A stretch of 64,000 bases of DNA from Azolla caroliniana (Eukaryota; Plantae; Polypodiophyta): NCBI GenBank assembly GCA_043228905.1, contig JBHGNT010000004.1:1550001-1614000 (forward strand), in the 5' to 3' direction. The number at the start of each line of letters is the position of its first letter. Positions within the stretch are counted from its first letter, which is position 1. Below, in pieces: positions 14,622 through 27,950 of the stretch. The notes below the pieces were generated by a model that was not told the DNA's origin, did no database searches, and was given only the letters and a program-made list of their open reading frames with translations. Both the position numbers and the translations under genes were made by a program.

Positions 14622-14770
14622 CATACATACCATAACATACATATATACATGCATCCATCCATCTATACATACATACATACATACATCCACCCATCCATCC
14701 ATCTATACATAACATACATACATACATACATACATACATACATACATACATAACATAACATAACATCATA
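14622..14770. repeat. Compound (CATA)n/(CATC)n/(CATAA)n microsatellite
   Basis: Direct reading of tandem units. Confidence 0.85.
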
Positions 14771-17700
14771 CATTATGTACATATTGTGTGTGTACAGTTT
14801 GACACTTTGTCTAGGGCTCTTGATATCGACGATGTCGAAATATTGACAATTCAAAGCACACACACTCTCTCTCTGTTGTGTGTTGTTCTTATTCTCTTCG
14901 TCGGCCCCCCCAACCCCCCCCCCCCCCCCCCATACCTCGTTGCATATATCAATCTTTTAGAGTTGAAACTGTCGATACACGTTCTGCGACATGCGTAAGA
15001 CCGGCATACAATACCTTTTTGAAGAAAAAAAAAAGTATTTCTCTTAAGGAGCCCAAGTTACATTTGCAATAACTCCAAGGACACATGGGACTTGTAATTT
15101 TTTACAAATGCCTGGTCAAAACATGACTTGCTCTAGGATGAGATTTGCAAAGGAGTATGTCAACGAGGACCTGATCAAGAGGAGGGGGGGGGGGGGGGGG
15201 GGGGCATGGGGTCTCTAGGTAAAGACATGGTTGACATGCATAAACTATGTGATTGTTTCTGCAACAAAAGAGGGTGTGGCAACAATTGAACTCGTGACTT
15301 GTGAATTAAGCAAGAGCTCAAATTAATTTCATCAAGTCACTACATGTATCAGAAGGGTACAAAAGTGTTTCCCTTGTAGTATACATTCGTGAACACTACC
15401 ATATTGCAAACTTCACTTGCCAATAGGGTATCGCTTAGTGTATGACAAGAGATATCAATCAACATAGTAAATCCACTCAATTTCAAATGAAAGATTGGAA
15501 TGAGATATCCTTCCCTAATCCTAATACTATAAATTCATATTCAAGAAATGAGCAAGTGGAAGCTATTTTAGAAGTTTACATAGATATTTATGAGCCAATT
15601 TTGGAGATATATTTTGATTTAAGAGCTTGTTGCCCAAAATAGACTTCCTGCAATAGTTTTGACCTGCCTCCTTCCATAAACTTTAGCTTGGCATGCACCA
15701 CCACATCAACATGTGGAATGTTTTTCCATTTGTTATGGTAACACCATTAATGTTCTAACACATCATAGATTGGAATGTTTGAGGTGCGGTTCACTAGGCA
15801 ACTAATACTAGAGCTGTATTGAGTTGGGTTTAAGATAACTACGATATTTACATTATTATTTTCATAAAGTCTACTCAAAACTTGCATTGCAACCTCGCAT
15901 GGTAGCGGAATGTGACAAACAGGATGATAAGAACATTTGTTTATCTTGGTAGGTCGCACAATTGTGTATCCATTGCTTTATTGATGTTCTTGATAGGTTC
16001 GCAAGTTCCCATATTCTTTGCAAACTATGCTGGTTATTACGTTAACCACAAGGTGAATGAATGAGAATCTTAAGTTTTTATATACAAGGGAACAAATTAA
16101 GCATTTATAAATTCTTGAACACTTTAGTGCAAGTTACCTTTGTGTGTGTGTGTGTGTGTGTATTTTCAAGCTTAAGCATTCATTAGAAACAACTTTCTTT
16201 AATCAAACACCCACAAGCACCCTACTTGATGCCCAACATAAGCATATCCTTTGCTTTTACTCGAAAGGTTTTAAATGTAAGGTTGGTTAGATCCTATGTG
16301 AACCATTGAGAACACAATGAATAAGGTGGGTTATTCTTATCAAACAAGCATATTGAGATTTTACCAATTCATAATATTTAGTCGTGCATGGTAGCAACCT
16401 TAATTTTATGATATTATGAATGATTATATGGGTTGGTTAATGCATCCAGAAATTTAGGCTTCATTGGACATTTAGCATTTGGATATAGAGGACCAAAAAA
16501 TGTAACTTACACTTGAGAGTCGAAACTCGAGAGTGTCATATAGCTCAAGAATAAATTTGTTAAAATCTAAAGTAACTCGAAGAGTTTCATGCCTATAGGT
16601 TGTGACGTAAAAGCCTACATGCATAGCAATAATTTAAGATGCTGTTTGTTTGGTGGAAAATATTTATTGTACAAAATTTCGAATAATGTAGCTTTAGAGA
16701 CGCTTTGTATTTGTCACTTTGTCTCAAAGGAAAATAATTTTGGTTCCGAAAACTCAAGAGAACTCTATATCGAAAAGATATAATTCAATCGGATTCTAAA
16801 GCATGCACCTTAAAGTTTCGACCTAGGCTTGATGTGTGTCATACTTGTAAAGGTTGAATGACTAAAAGGGAAAAGCAAAAGACAAACCTTTCCACAAAAA
16901 CAATCTCAACACACAAAGGTTTTCAATAAATATCAATAGCTCTCCATATAAGTTGAAATATTCACAACATCTTTACTTTTCGAGAAACAAAAGAAAGTAT
17001 GTGGCCATAAAATAAAATTGGGCCTACCAATAGACTTATTAGCCCTACGATTTGGGTGGCATGCTTGACCACATCGAAGCTAGGACCTGACGTAACAAGT
17101 GTTTGCATGAATATGTTACTTATTAAACCCATTCTCATGTTATTATATGTAGCATATTAGCCTTCAGGCCTTTTATGCATTATTAATTAACTTGTCATAT
17201 CATGTACGTTTTTAAATACCTTATTTTGGTAAAACCAAATTTTATTTTATGAATGATACACATTAGTGTTTGAAATCTCTAGTGTAAAGCATCGGCTACA
17301 TGGTATGATGTCTATACAATATCTAGTGTGTAAGGACAAACAATTGGAAACGTTATTTTCTACCAATATTCTTTTCCAAGCTTTCAAACTTGGAAAATGA
17401 CATTTTGTGTTTTAAAGTTGGAGGGAATCTCTAGTTTGTCCAGTTGTGCATGCACATTAAGGGCTTCTTAACAAATGAATGTACCCAAAGATATTCAAGC
17501 TTCAACCACTACTCCAATTTGCGTTTAACACACATCACTCCAACTTGGACATGTTCTTTGAGGTATCATCCGTTATCATGACCCAGACCCAACACAAGTA
17601 TCCCAAAATTAAAGCTCAAAGAGTATGTGAAGCATATAACAAAGAAACATCAAAGAGGGAAGAGAGGATTCACTTAATATCAATATTTCTTACTAATTTC

Positions 17701-18755
17701 TATATTCGAACATTTAAAAGTTATGTTTGCATTCAAAATAGAACTCCTATGTCTTCCGTCATACTCAAATCTCAAATTTTTATTCATGTGAGACTCACCC
17801 CATTGATTAAATGATTCATTTATTATCAATTTATTGGATTTTTTTTAGGCATAGGAACAAGATTTGTAATAATTCCCTCCAACACATTAGCATGCAAGCA
17901 ATATCACCTAATGTTCTTTCTAATAACGTCTATAAATACCAAATTTATTAGAAATATTTCATTTTTCCAATACATACATGAACTAATATACATAACATAC
18001 ATGAAGTTTCCCATGTTATATCTCTAAATCAGCACAAGCAATGAGTATACTAGAAGAGCTTCCATAGCTATTATTGCCTGATATTTGCTTGTAATTAAAA
18101 ACGATCACAAGCATTTTGTAAGCTACTATATTTGAAAAGAATAAGTTACCCATTTTTTAGTCAATTATTTTCACAAAACCTAGATCTCTTTTAATTTTCA
18201 TCTCATTTGAGTTTCATAATGATTCATGCTACAAAGTTTCCCTCTTTATTATGTGAACCACATGAGAGCATCATAGTTGCATTGAAAGGAACATCAAATT
18301 GTTGGCCAACTCAACCTTGTTGAGCAACAATAGATTCACCACCAAAATACATGTGAAAGCTCAACACACAAATCTATTGGCACATTATCCATGAAATTGA
18401 TGGAAAATCACTTACAATGAATATAATTGTGAAACAAAAATCTAGAACTTTCCCTTGGAAGATACCATTGCTTAAGTTTGCAAGTGGTATCTTTCCCTAT
18501 CACAATCTCATCAAGCTATTTGACGAATCATCACAAACATAATATGTTTGCACAACTACTAGATTAGGTTGAGTTCACAAGGTAAGGCAAGACAGAAATG
18601 TGAAAAGATAGCTTGTCTTCATGAACATTAATGATAGTTCGAAGAACCAACCCTCAACTAAGAAGTGGGACGTTTACACAACAAAAATAAGCAACAGTCT
18701 ACTGATATTAAAGCTAAAGTGAATGTCTACCAAAACATTGAAAACAGCCAATCGA

Positions 18756-19146
18756 GCACACATTAATAACTACACTAGGAGCTCAATATGAGTGGATTGA
18801 TGGTGTTATTGATGCTACAAAATTAATAAGGCTGAATTTTAGAAAGAGGTGGTGTACTACACCGACGGCCACAACAAATGTAATGGATATACAATGGAAG
18901 CATGTAGTACCCAGATGGTTGTTCCCCTTCCCATTAGTTCAACCAAGAGCATGAAAGAGATGTCATGTGGGATAGTGAATGTAGGTAATGTGTATGAAGG
19001 GATGGCTAGAGACACATGTGAAAGCGTAAGATAAATAAGTGAGATTTCTTATGTAAGATAGGATAGTCTAAGCAAGGCCTACCTGAGAAAGGGATCGAGT
19101 TTATGTATATTTTAACTAATGGAGTATATGTTTTTTGGAAAAAAAA
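18756..19146 (+). mobile_element. 5'-truncated copy of the same L1 family as copy 1 (last ORF2 codons, 3' UTR, A tail)
   Basis: Collinear with ~10213-10600, e.g. CCTACCTGAGAAAGGGATCG and TATTTTAACTAATGGAGTATA; ends in an A run. Confidence 0.88.
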
Positions 19147-20192
19147 GGTATGAGAAAGAGAATAAGACATAAATTTAAATTTAAGCATTTCTTCTTAATC
19201 CTTGCTAATGCAAAATTTGATGAAAACTTGGCATTGCTCAAAAGACAAGTGTTTGAACACATATACACTAGTTGCCACAAGTTTAGTGACTTCTAGGAGT
19301 TGGCCATGGACAACATCTCTTGCTCCTTTTATATTTTTCATCATAAAGGGGGACACCTCCTTCAGACTCTGTTCACAAAGATGGTGCCCCTTGGAAGATA
19401 CCTACACGCATTCAAGCTTTTGCTGGTGATGAAGCCAAGGCAATAAAGACACATCTGTCAAATTCACAACCCAGTTACAGGATGGTTCTTGCACTCCATC
19501 TGATCAGAGTAAGACTAGATAGACATAGATGTATAAGCACATAAATGCATTCCACACCTTACACATGCATAGACTTGTGTATGTGTGCATTATGTATGCA
19601 AGATATGCATATACTATACTATACGCTGTTACAACTTACAAGTATGTATGAGTATATACAAAAATATGCATGTGCACATACATATATGTAGACATAAAAG
19701 TCATAAATAAACAGTTTCCCAGTAAAGACAAGTACTTCAAACATTAAACAAGAATTAGTAAATGGACAAAAATAAATAAACCTTTAAAAACTTTCAGATC
19801 CTGCTGACAAAAGCAGAGCTGCTGCCGTTACACATGGTACACTATTACACAAGCTCACAGATTTTATCTGTGAGCCCTCTTACTCTCTCCCCCAAACATC
19901 TGACAAAACGCTCAAGCTGCGATGACATCATTCCATTGGAGAGAAAAAATGTGATGATGAGATTCTTCATATCATCCATCAGGTCTTAGGCTGTAATCAT
20001 GTAAAAATCTGTGCATAAGTAAGCCTCAATTTCTCAATTTCAAATTTAATGGTGCATCGCTGTTAGTCACCGAAATATCATCTGTGGCCATGAATTTTGA
20101 TAGATGAAGTGCAATTATTGATAAAAAACATTGAACCACAGCTGTTGACTCCAACAATCATTCCAAATAAGCTGTTGCCTAAGTCTAGTATG

Positions 20193-23100
20193 CTATATAG
20201 AGACTAAAACTGCGTCATAACACAGCCACCAGTATTTTTTCACGCTGATATTAGTCCATGGTGGTAAAACAGGTGTTCCAAGCTCAATTGACGATGGCCA
20301 CCTAATTCAAGAAGTTTTAACCTTATGGTTAGCATTCTAGAAGATAATCAATTGAGAAAATATAGTCCGGACTGAATCATCCAACAATTTTTACATTCAG
20401 AATAAAAAAAGAGCAAAACATCAAATTAACCCTAAATCTTTGGATATTTACCACACTTTAAAATTTTCCAATTTTATAAAAATACCCCATTGTAGGAGTA
20501 CTGTACTGTTCAATAGAGGTTTTGAAAATGAGGGTATTCTGGTAAATATCCCAAAAAATATTAGTGTATAGATTTTTCTTTTCCAAGAAACAAATCTGGA
20601 TTATACCTCTCACCACTGAAGATCTTGTAAATACATAAAGCACATGAAGACCAAGTGAGTCCACCACCTAGCTGTTTCATATATGGAGACAGCAGCTCCC
20701 CTGGAAGCCACATATCATGAGTAATAAAACATCATTCATACACTCATTGACGAGACAATTGACTCATCAAACTTTCATCTAAAATTGTTGAAATTAAATG
20801 AAGAAATACCAAAAGCTAATCATCCTTCGTCCAAAGTTGTTGACAACTTATTTTTTAGCAGATACCTAAATATCTGAAGTTCTTTTATTCTTAAAATTTG
20901 GAGGTACAAGTAACTTTGATATGGAAACTTAGCATGTTATTCAAATATTACAAGTGCAATTTACACTAAACTTGGATTTTTTGAAGCATTAAAGTCTGCC
21001 CTCGTTTAGGAAGATCTTGGCCATAGTAAGCAATTACTACGTCTGGCCAATTCTAACAGATATAATGTACATTACTAAAGCCAAAACACAAAGAATTACG
21101 TACCAATACTAGCAGTTTTGATCCCAAGCAAGCTTACTAGCTTCCCACCAGATGTAGGTAATGAATCTTGTTTCTGCAAGCTATGTTGTTGAACCTTACA
21201 AACTTGTTCTTGAACGGGCAAAACCTCAAACCATATGCCAGAGGGGAACCTCCTAGGTTGCACAAGCCATGTAGCAACTTGTGCATATGGAAAACAGTGC
21301 AAGATTGCTATGAAAAACTGGAGTGCCAATCTAACAATTGAGAGGGACGTGTATAGCATTGTAAAGAAGATGTAGAAAACTGATGTTGTCGGAAGCAGTA
21401 GTAGCAACGGTGTAAACATTAGTGAGCCTACAACATGCTGCTCCACACTATAATCATATGTATCAATACGTCCTCTCAGAGTGTTGCGTTTTCTTCCCCT
21501 GAAAAAAAAAGACTTCACTCATTATCATACAAAAGCCAGATTAGCATTTTAGGGTTAAGGGGTTGAGGTACTTTTAGAGTTTAGAGTTGAGGGAATAGGG
21601 ACTAGGGTGTTTAGGTTTAGATATTCATGATCGGAATTGAAATTTTTAGAGTTTTTTGGAACTTGAGGTTTGCAAAAAAAATGTGTAAACAGTTAACCTG
21701 AAAAGCCGCCACAGAGCAGCCAATGCCTGAAGCTGGTTGGAATACAGAAATGCTACCAATTGATGTAGCGTTGAGATGTGGAAAGTGGCCAAGAAAAGCA
21801 TATCTGCAATCATTGCAGCGGGTACAGTTATGCCTAGGAGCATTCCTGAGATCGCAAACAGAAAGAGGCAGGGTCCAAACACAGGCTTTAAAAAGTACAG
21901 CAATGTAGACCAAACTTGTATCATATTTAATGATACTAGCCCAAGTGTTTCTGCTAGTTGTGTATTTAGCTTAAATCCAGCTGGAACACCCATGAGCCAT
22001 ATGCAACCAGTTCGTAGAATATCATCTGTCAGGCTCCTGGCTATACTCCGAATGTAGTGATTGATGTCAGACTGATAACATAGAAAGAAGGCACCCGCTA
22101 AAATCCCAAAAAACAGATCAAACAAAATCGCTGACCAAGTAGAATGTCGGACCAATGCAACTATATGGGCAGCTTCAATATTTTGTTGATCCCGCCTGAG
22201 CAAGATATTAAGAGGAACCTTAGGACACGGAATAAAAACACTCAAACCTTATGAAGACTGGTTTTTTGCTCCCTTGAGAATGAACAACAAATTGTCTTAC
22301 CCACAGCCTCTCCACAAAAGTATAAAAGGCCAGCCTGTAAGTTCATGGCACCTTATGCGAATATTCCGGTGTGTGAGCTTAAAAAGCTTGGCAAGAATAG
22401 TATTTACATGTATAAATGGCCATGTGTTAAATAAGTTAAACCCTGCTTGGATTAAAATATAATAGAAAATAGCTAGAAGAGCGATTGTTGCTGCTATAAG
22501 ATGTCGAAATAATGATGTTAAACTGCAGGAAAGACAAAATGTGATCTAAGGGCTACATAACAGGTACACCAAAAATAAAAATAAAATACAAGGTGATATA
22601 TATCATTAAAAACAGAAGATATCTTACATGGACCTAAGTGGAGGCCGCTTAAAAGCGGTATCTAGAGAAGCAAAAGAATGCTTTATGGACTGTTCTGCAG
22701 CAGTAGCACAGTTAAGCTGTAGAATCACCAGATCCTACAATATAAAATCCACAAAACTTTCGATCGTCAGATCCAGAAAAGGATAACACTCATCATTAAA
22801 TGAATACATCAAATAAGAGAAGGGAGGAGACACTTGCTATATCAGGAGATTCTTTGTGTTTCTCAAGCTTTATCACCCAGTCTGCCTTCATTTGCTCACC
22901 CGCAAGAGCTTCTTGAGGTTTGCTAGTTTGAGAAATGAAATTCCATGGCCGAATAGAGTAGTGATGGCTTGCAAGCTTTGGCTGCTCATAAAAAATCACC
23001 TGCCATATTGAGAGGGAGAAAAAATACATTATTGTGTCCATAAAACTGTATCCAATCATTGAATCAATGTAACCATCAAAATTGTAAGCATACAACAAAC

Positions 23101-26100
23101 CATACATGAAAGTCAGGGCTGCAGCAATGACCTTGGATGCTAAGGTTGAGCATTTCAGGAACCCAATTATACAGGCTTCTTCCTTCTTGCAGAGGTTGAA
23201 TTAAAAGCTCTATCCATGTGTCTCCAGCTACATTTTTCATGCAAATGTCAGTGCGACTTGTTTCCACAAAACCATTTTGCAATCTATTATGGAGACTATT
23301 TGAATCATTATCGGATCTCTTTTTCTTTAACTTTCCACTCTGAAAGGTGTGACCATGTGCTCCTTTACTGCAACCTGACACTTCTCGTTGTGGTAAGCAG
23401 TTTTCCACTTGTTGATTACCTACTGTACTCAATGCCTTGGAAGATAAAGAGTTATTTCTATGATCTTGTTCAGCAGAAATGAAAGTACATTCCCCAATAA
23501 CAGAAAATGTAGAACGCTCTTGTAGCTCAGTTGGCAACCTCTCTGTTACGCTCCTTATCATGACCTGTTTCATTTTAACTATTATCAGATAAGTTCTTCA
23601 TGGCATATAGATCATATAAAACCTCAGACATGATAATAACTATCAACCATTATGATGGACCTTAGAGAATAGACATATTTAATCAACATCATATGAATCA
23701 TTACCAATATAGGGTCAATGTTAGGCATTGCAATTAGTTAAGGCCTGATGTTCTACAATCAAGCTTTAATTGAATAAAAAATCTGACTTAAGTTTAGCCA
23801 CAGTGTTAGCCTTTAGAATAAAGGCAAACCCCTTCCAGACCTACAGGCTACAGATATGGTCACATTTGAATTTGCCAAGATTGGCTTGCCATTACAGCTC
23901 TTCTGTTGGAGGAAGAACCCTGCTACACTTGTTTTGCAAGCTACACTAACCTAATTCTAAGGTTTTATGGCTGCAAGAACTATATTTTGCAGGTTTAGCC
24001 CTTTGGGGGATCATCTTGAGTTGGTGCGGCTTCAAGGATCTGCAATAAATATCAGGTTTCTAATTTAAGCAACCAGTTAGGAATATTCAGATTTTCGTTG
24101 CTATCTTGTTTAGGAATTTGCCAGTGAAATCAACATCTTTGTCTGATCTTCTCATACATTGGTGCACATCAATAAGTTCATCAGCCTTCTCTTTCAACCT
24201 CCCACTGGTACAATTTCATAACTTGTGTTTTCTCTGGCCATTTGTCTTGCCTTGTTAGTCTGAAATTCTCTGCTAGAGAGGGCATGATCTTTTCCAACCT
24301 TGGTATACATGCTCCTTTACGATTTTTTTGACGCTCCCACCAGAGTTATTTTCGTATGCCATACGATTGCGGATTAACTGTGCAGCTGTAGGATAGAGTC
24401 ATACCACCATATCCGGCGGAGACACATTCAATGCTCATTTAAAATAACTGGGATAGCATGATATTTCCCAACCTTGAAAGCATTCTCATTTACCATGTCT
24501 TGAAGACACATAAGAATTGTTTTTGTATGCTATATGGCTGCAGTCTTACTTTGCAATGATATGGATACAGTCATATGTCAATCCAGCAGAGATACATTCA
24601 AAACAGGCACAAATGTTTTTCGAAAAATTTAAATTTGACTTCAACAATTTAGAGCATAATTTTGGCCTTCTAACAAATTCATGTGACACAGTTTTACATG
24701 ATGTTTTTAACCTTTTTATGAATCTCTAGTAACATGAGTATATGCACGCATATGCACACATGCAAGCATGGAAATATGCATAAATGCATTATCGTATGAA
24801 TGCATCCATGTATTTATTCTTATATGCATGTCCCACGGTTTGTATGCTTATATGCATGTCTCACGGTTGGTATGCTTATCTACATGCATGCAATTAGCAT
24901 AAATAAAAATCTCAATTCAAATCTTATTATAACGCTAGAAACCCCACATTTAAGACTGTAACAAAAATAGTGCCTTGAAAATGGTCACATCTGCAAAAGA
25001 TATTTGGAATAAAGTCAGGGTTGAGCTTTAATATGAGATAAGACGGGAATCCAACATCCCAAGCTTGAGGTGGGGGAGGAATGGAAAGACCGAGAGAGAA
25101 AAATGTTGAAGAATTTCAACAAACTGATTGTGTTTGAAGAGGCAGAAACAGAGACAGAGAGAAAGCTGCACTTGCTATAACTTAAATGATGAATGTGGTA
25201 GGTTTAAACAAAAATATATCGATGAATGCTTCTTTTTGCATTTGACATAAACTAAGAACTAACACATGAATAGTGAAAATAAATGAATAGCTAGAACTTA
25301 GAACTTTATCCTAATTATTCCAAATTTGGATACGTAATAAGGACTTAGATTTTCAAGAAAACAACATTTAACATCTTTTTTTTAAAAGAAAATTAACATG
25401 GCAAATTGGCAGAAATATCCTCAAAAGTTAACACTATTGTTATGCCAGCCATGTTTCCTCCTCAACAAACAACAGGACTGATGATGCAAACATCTACGAG
25501 TGCACATTATGCTACAAGTGAAATGAACAATGAAACTGACAATATTCTATTCAAACAAAGAGATTACTTAAACGAAAGCCTAAATGAATGATTATATTTG
25601 AATGAAAAAAAACAAAACTTTATAACCAATGTTTACAAAAGAAAGCAATTTCTGCAAAAAATGGAATGCATGAGTGCCATTTAGTCCCTAGAAGAACAAA
25701 CCAAGAGAAACACGGATGAGTAAAACTAAAAACTGATAGTTTGCAGAGGCACATTTACTGGAAGAACTAAAAGCAGAACAGATTAGTAAAACTTAACCCT
25801 ATAAAAAGAAGATTGTGATATGGGAAATGGGGAAACGAAAGCATACTTAGCAAAAGAAAATTGACAGGGAAAACCAGAATGAAAACAAATGAGTAAGCCT
25901 GCATCAAAAAGTGACGAGAAAGCTAACTGAATAAATTCTGACGATAAAAAATAATAAGTAAATGAAAAGGAGCCAAATAGAGCAACCATAGGCCTTAGAA
26001 AGGGATCCCTTTCCTAGAAACAGATACTAGAACAGAAAAGGAAGTATAATTTGCAAACCTTAACTGGAAAATTTTGAGAAGAAAACAAGCTGAATAAACT

Positions 26101-26628
26101 TTAAACATGGCAAGTGATTCTGACCCGTCCGTCAACAATAAACCTATAACATGGTGTTACTGACATTAAAGAAAAGAATTTGACCACGCCCTATCGTTAA
26201 CCCTAGAATCTAAACCTAGGAATGCAAATCCAAAGCCTAAAAACAGATGAAACTCTAGAATATAAAGCATAACCCTAGAATGCAACCCTAACTCTAGAAA
26301 CGTCCGGAGGAACAGAAAATACACGCATTTAGTCAAACCCTAACCCTCACAAAAACAATATCTGTACACAATGCATGAAAATATTATGATATAAGAAAGG
26401 GAAAAGGAAATAAATAACCTGCAGGAATGGATCAGAAACCCTCGGGTCAATCGAAGGATCAGCACAAGAAGAAGCAACAACAAGATCCAAAGATTTTGAG
26501 ACGTTGTGAGAGGCCCATCCTAAGAGAAGTATCCGATGAGATGTCAGATGGAGATGGTGATGATGCGGATGATAATGATGATGGAGAGGCCACCATAACC
26601 TGCATTGAAGCTTCGCCTTTCCATCCAT
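20193..26628 (-). CDS. GPI1: GPI-GlcNAc transferase subunit GPI1/PIG-Q; exons 26628-26419, 23564-23106, 22999-22838, 22734-22628, 22522-22301, 22195-21698, 21498-21104, 20700-20607, 20301-20193
   Basis: CRLWWP N-terminus; LRTGCIWLMGVPAGFKLNTQLA, ALWRLFRGRKRNTLRGRIDTYDY and QHVVGSLMFTPLLLLLPTT motifs; exon phases are consistent across the introns. The intron 3 donor is uncertain (possibly GC). Confidence 0.9.
24300..24500 (-). mobile_element. Possible decayed L1 ORF2 3' remnant in GPI1 intron 1
   Basis: Minus strand reads YPTAAQLIRN/VWHTKITL, resembling PPAESIKLIWHTLITTL of L1 copy 1. Confidence 0.3.
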
Positions 26629-26829
26629 GGATCCATCTTCTGCTTACATCCTCAGTCTTCTTCTTCTGATCCTTCTGGTTGAGATTCTGATTCTTTTCCC
26701 GTTTGACCCTGATTCTATTGCCTCCTTTCTTCTGATCTTGATTCTTCTTCTTCCGTCTCTAATTCCTTCCTGATTTCAGATTCTAGTTCTTAGTCTACGT
26801 CTTCTTATTTCTAGATGCCGATCCTCTCC

Positions 26830-26831
<2 letters not shown>

Positions 26832-26861
<30 letters not shown>

Positions 26862-27009
26862 CTTCTTCTTCTTCTTCTTGTCGTTGAATCGTCTGCTGCT
26901 TTCTTCTTCGGCGTCTACTGCACAGATTACCGTCCGTTTCTTTTACCGTGTCTGTCCTTCTTGCGAGATAGGATCCTTACGAGATTAGGTTAAAGAAAAG
27001 CGCGCACGC

Positions 27010-27084
<75 letters not shown>

Positions 27085-27260
27085 CAGGAGGAATAGAGGA
27101 GAGCGGGAAGCTCATAGCGTGTGATTATTTGAGCTCCACAGAAAGGAAAAAAAATAACAGGAGAAAGAAAAGAGGAGAGAGAGAGAGAGAGATCTCTCAA
27201 GTTTAACTAAGAGGGGGTTCACACACACACACACACACTCTCTCTCTCTCTCTCTCTGTC
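26832..27260. repeat. (CTT)n, (GACA)n, (GA)n, (CA)n and (CT)n microsatellites in the GPI1 5' region
   Basis: Direct reading; GA/CT tracts are common in plant 5' UTRs and promoters. Confidence 0.85.
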
Positions 27261-27329
27261 TTTGTGAAAACACACAATTATATGAACAAATGTGTGTAAA
27301 AAAACACTACCTACTTATAATGGCCATCA

Positions 27330-27950
27330 ATATGGTTGATCACCCGTGGAACATGTCGAATTGAAATAGGTCATAAGATGAACACTAACGTTAGTCCTCC
27401 AATGAATAGAGAGCTTCTGTTCGCTCCAATAAAGATGATTGCCACATTAGCACTCCCTTCAACTTCCGTAGATATGCTTCGACACCCCATTGCCTACCAT
27501 CAAATACAAAATGATTGCGCATATCCCAATTATAACGGAATCCCCGAGTCCTCGGAAATAGGAAAAACGATCTTCATCTCTAATGTTGGGTTCACCTACG
27601 TGAATTATGCAAACACCCGATGTCTTCGCGTCAAACAACATTGTATATTCCATAACTTGCCAAATTTTGAGAAATGTAAATCCAAATCTGACAAGCAATT
27701 GGACATTGTATAAAATGATGAGTACTATCTCCCATTTGAACAATGCAAAAGAAGCATTTTTCGGTTGCTAGTCCACGTTGTTTTAGAGTTAATCCCAAGG
27801 CAAACCTCCAATCAAAACGATCCAAATGAAGACTTTTAGTACAAGTGGCAAATTTCAAGAATTGTGTTTTAAGATTTGCCACTATCCATAGTTAGAGTTA
27901 TATACTTTCCATTCTTGTTTAATCAACATGTCCCAAGCACTTAGGTGTTG
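27330..27950 (-). mobile_element. Decayed L1 ORF2 C-terminal (zf-RVT) fragment
   Basis: FDWRFALGLTLKQRGLATEKCFFCIVQMGDSTHHFIQCPIACQIW zinc-finger pattern. Confidence 0.65.

Noticed and set aside
26190-26347. Interstitial telomere (AACCCTA-like motifs; also ~45298-45395)
   Set aside because: Scattered telo-box-like motifs rather than a tandem array; common near plant gene 5' ends.
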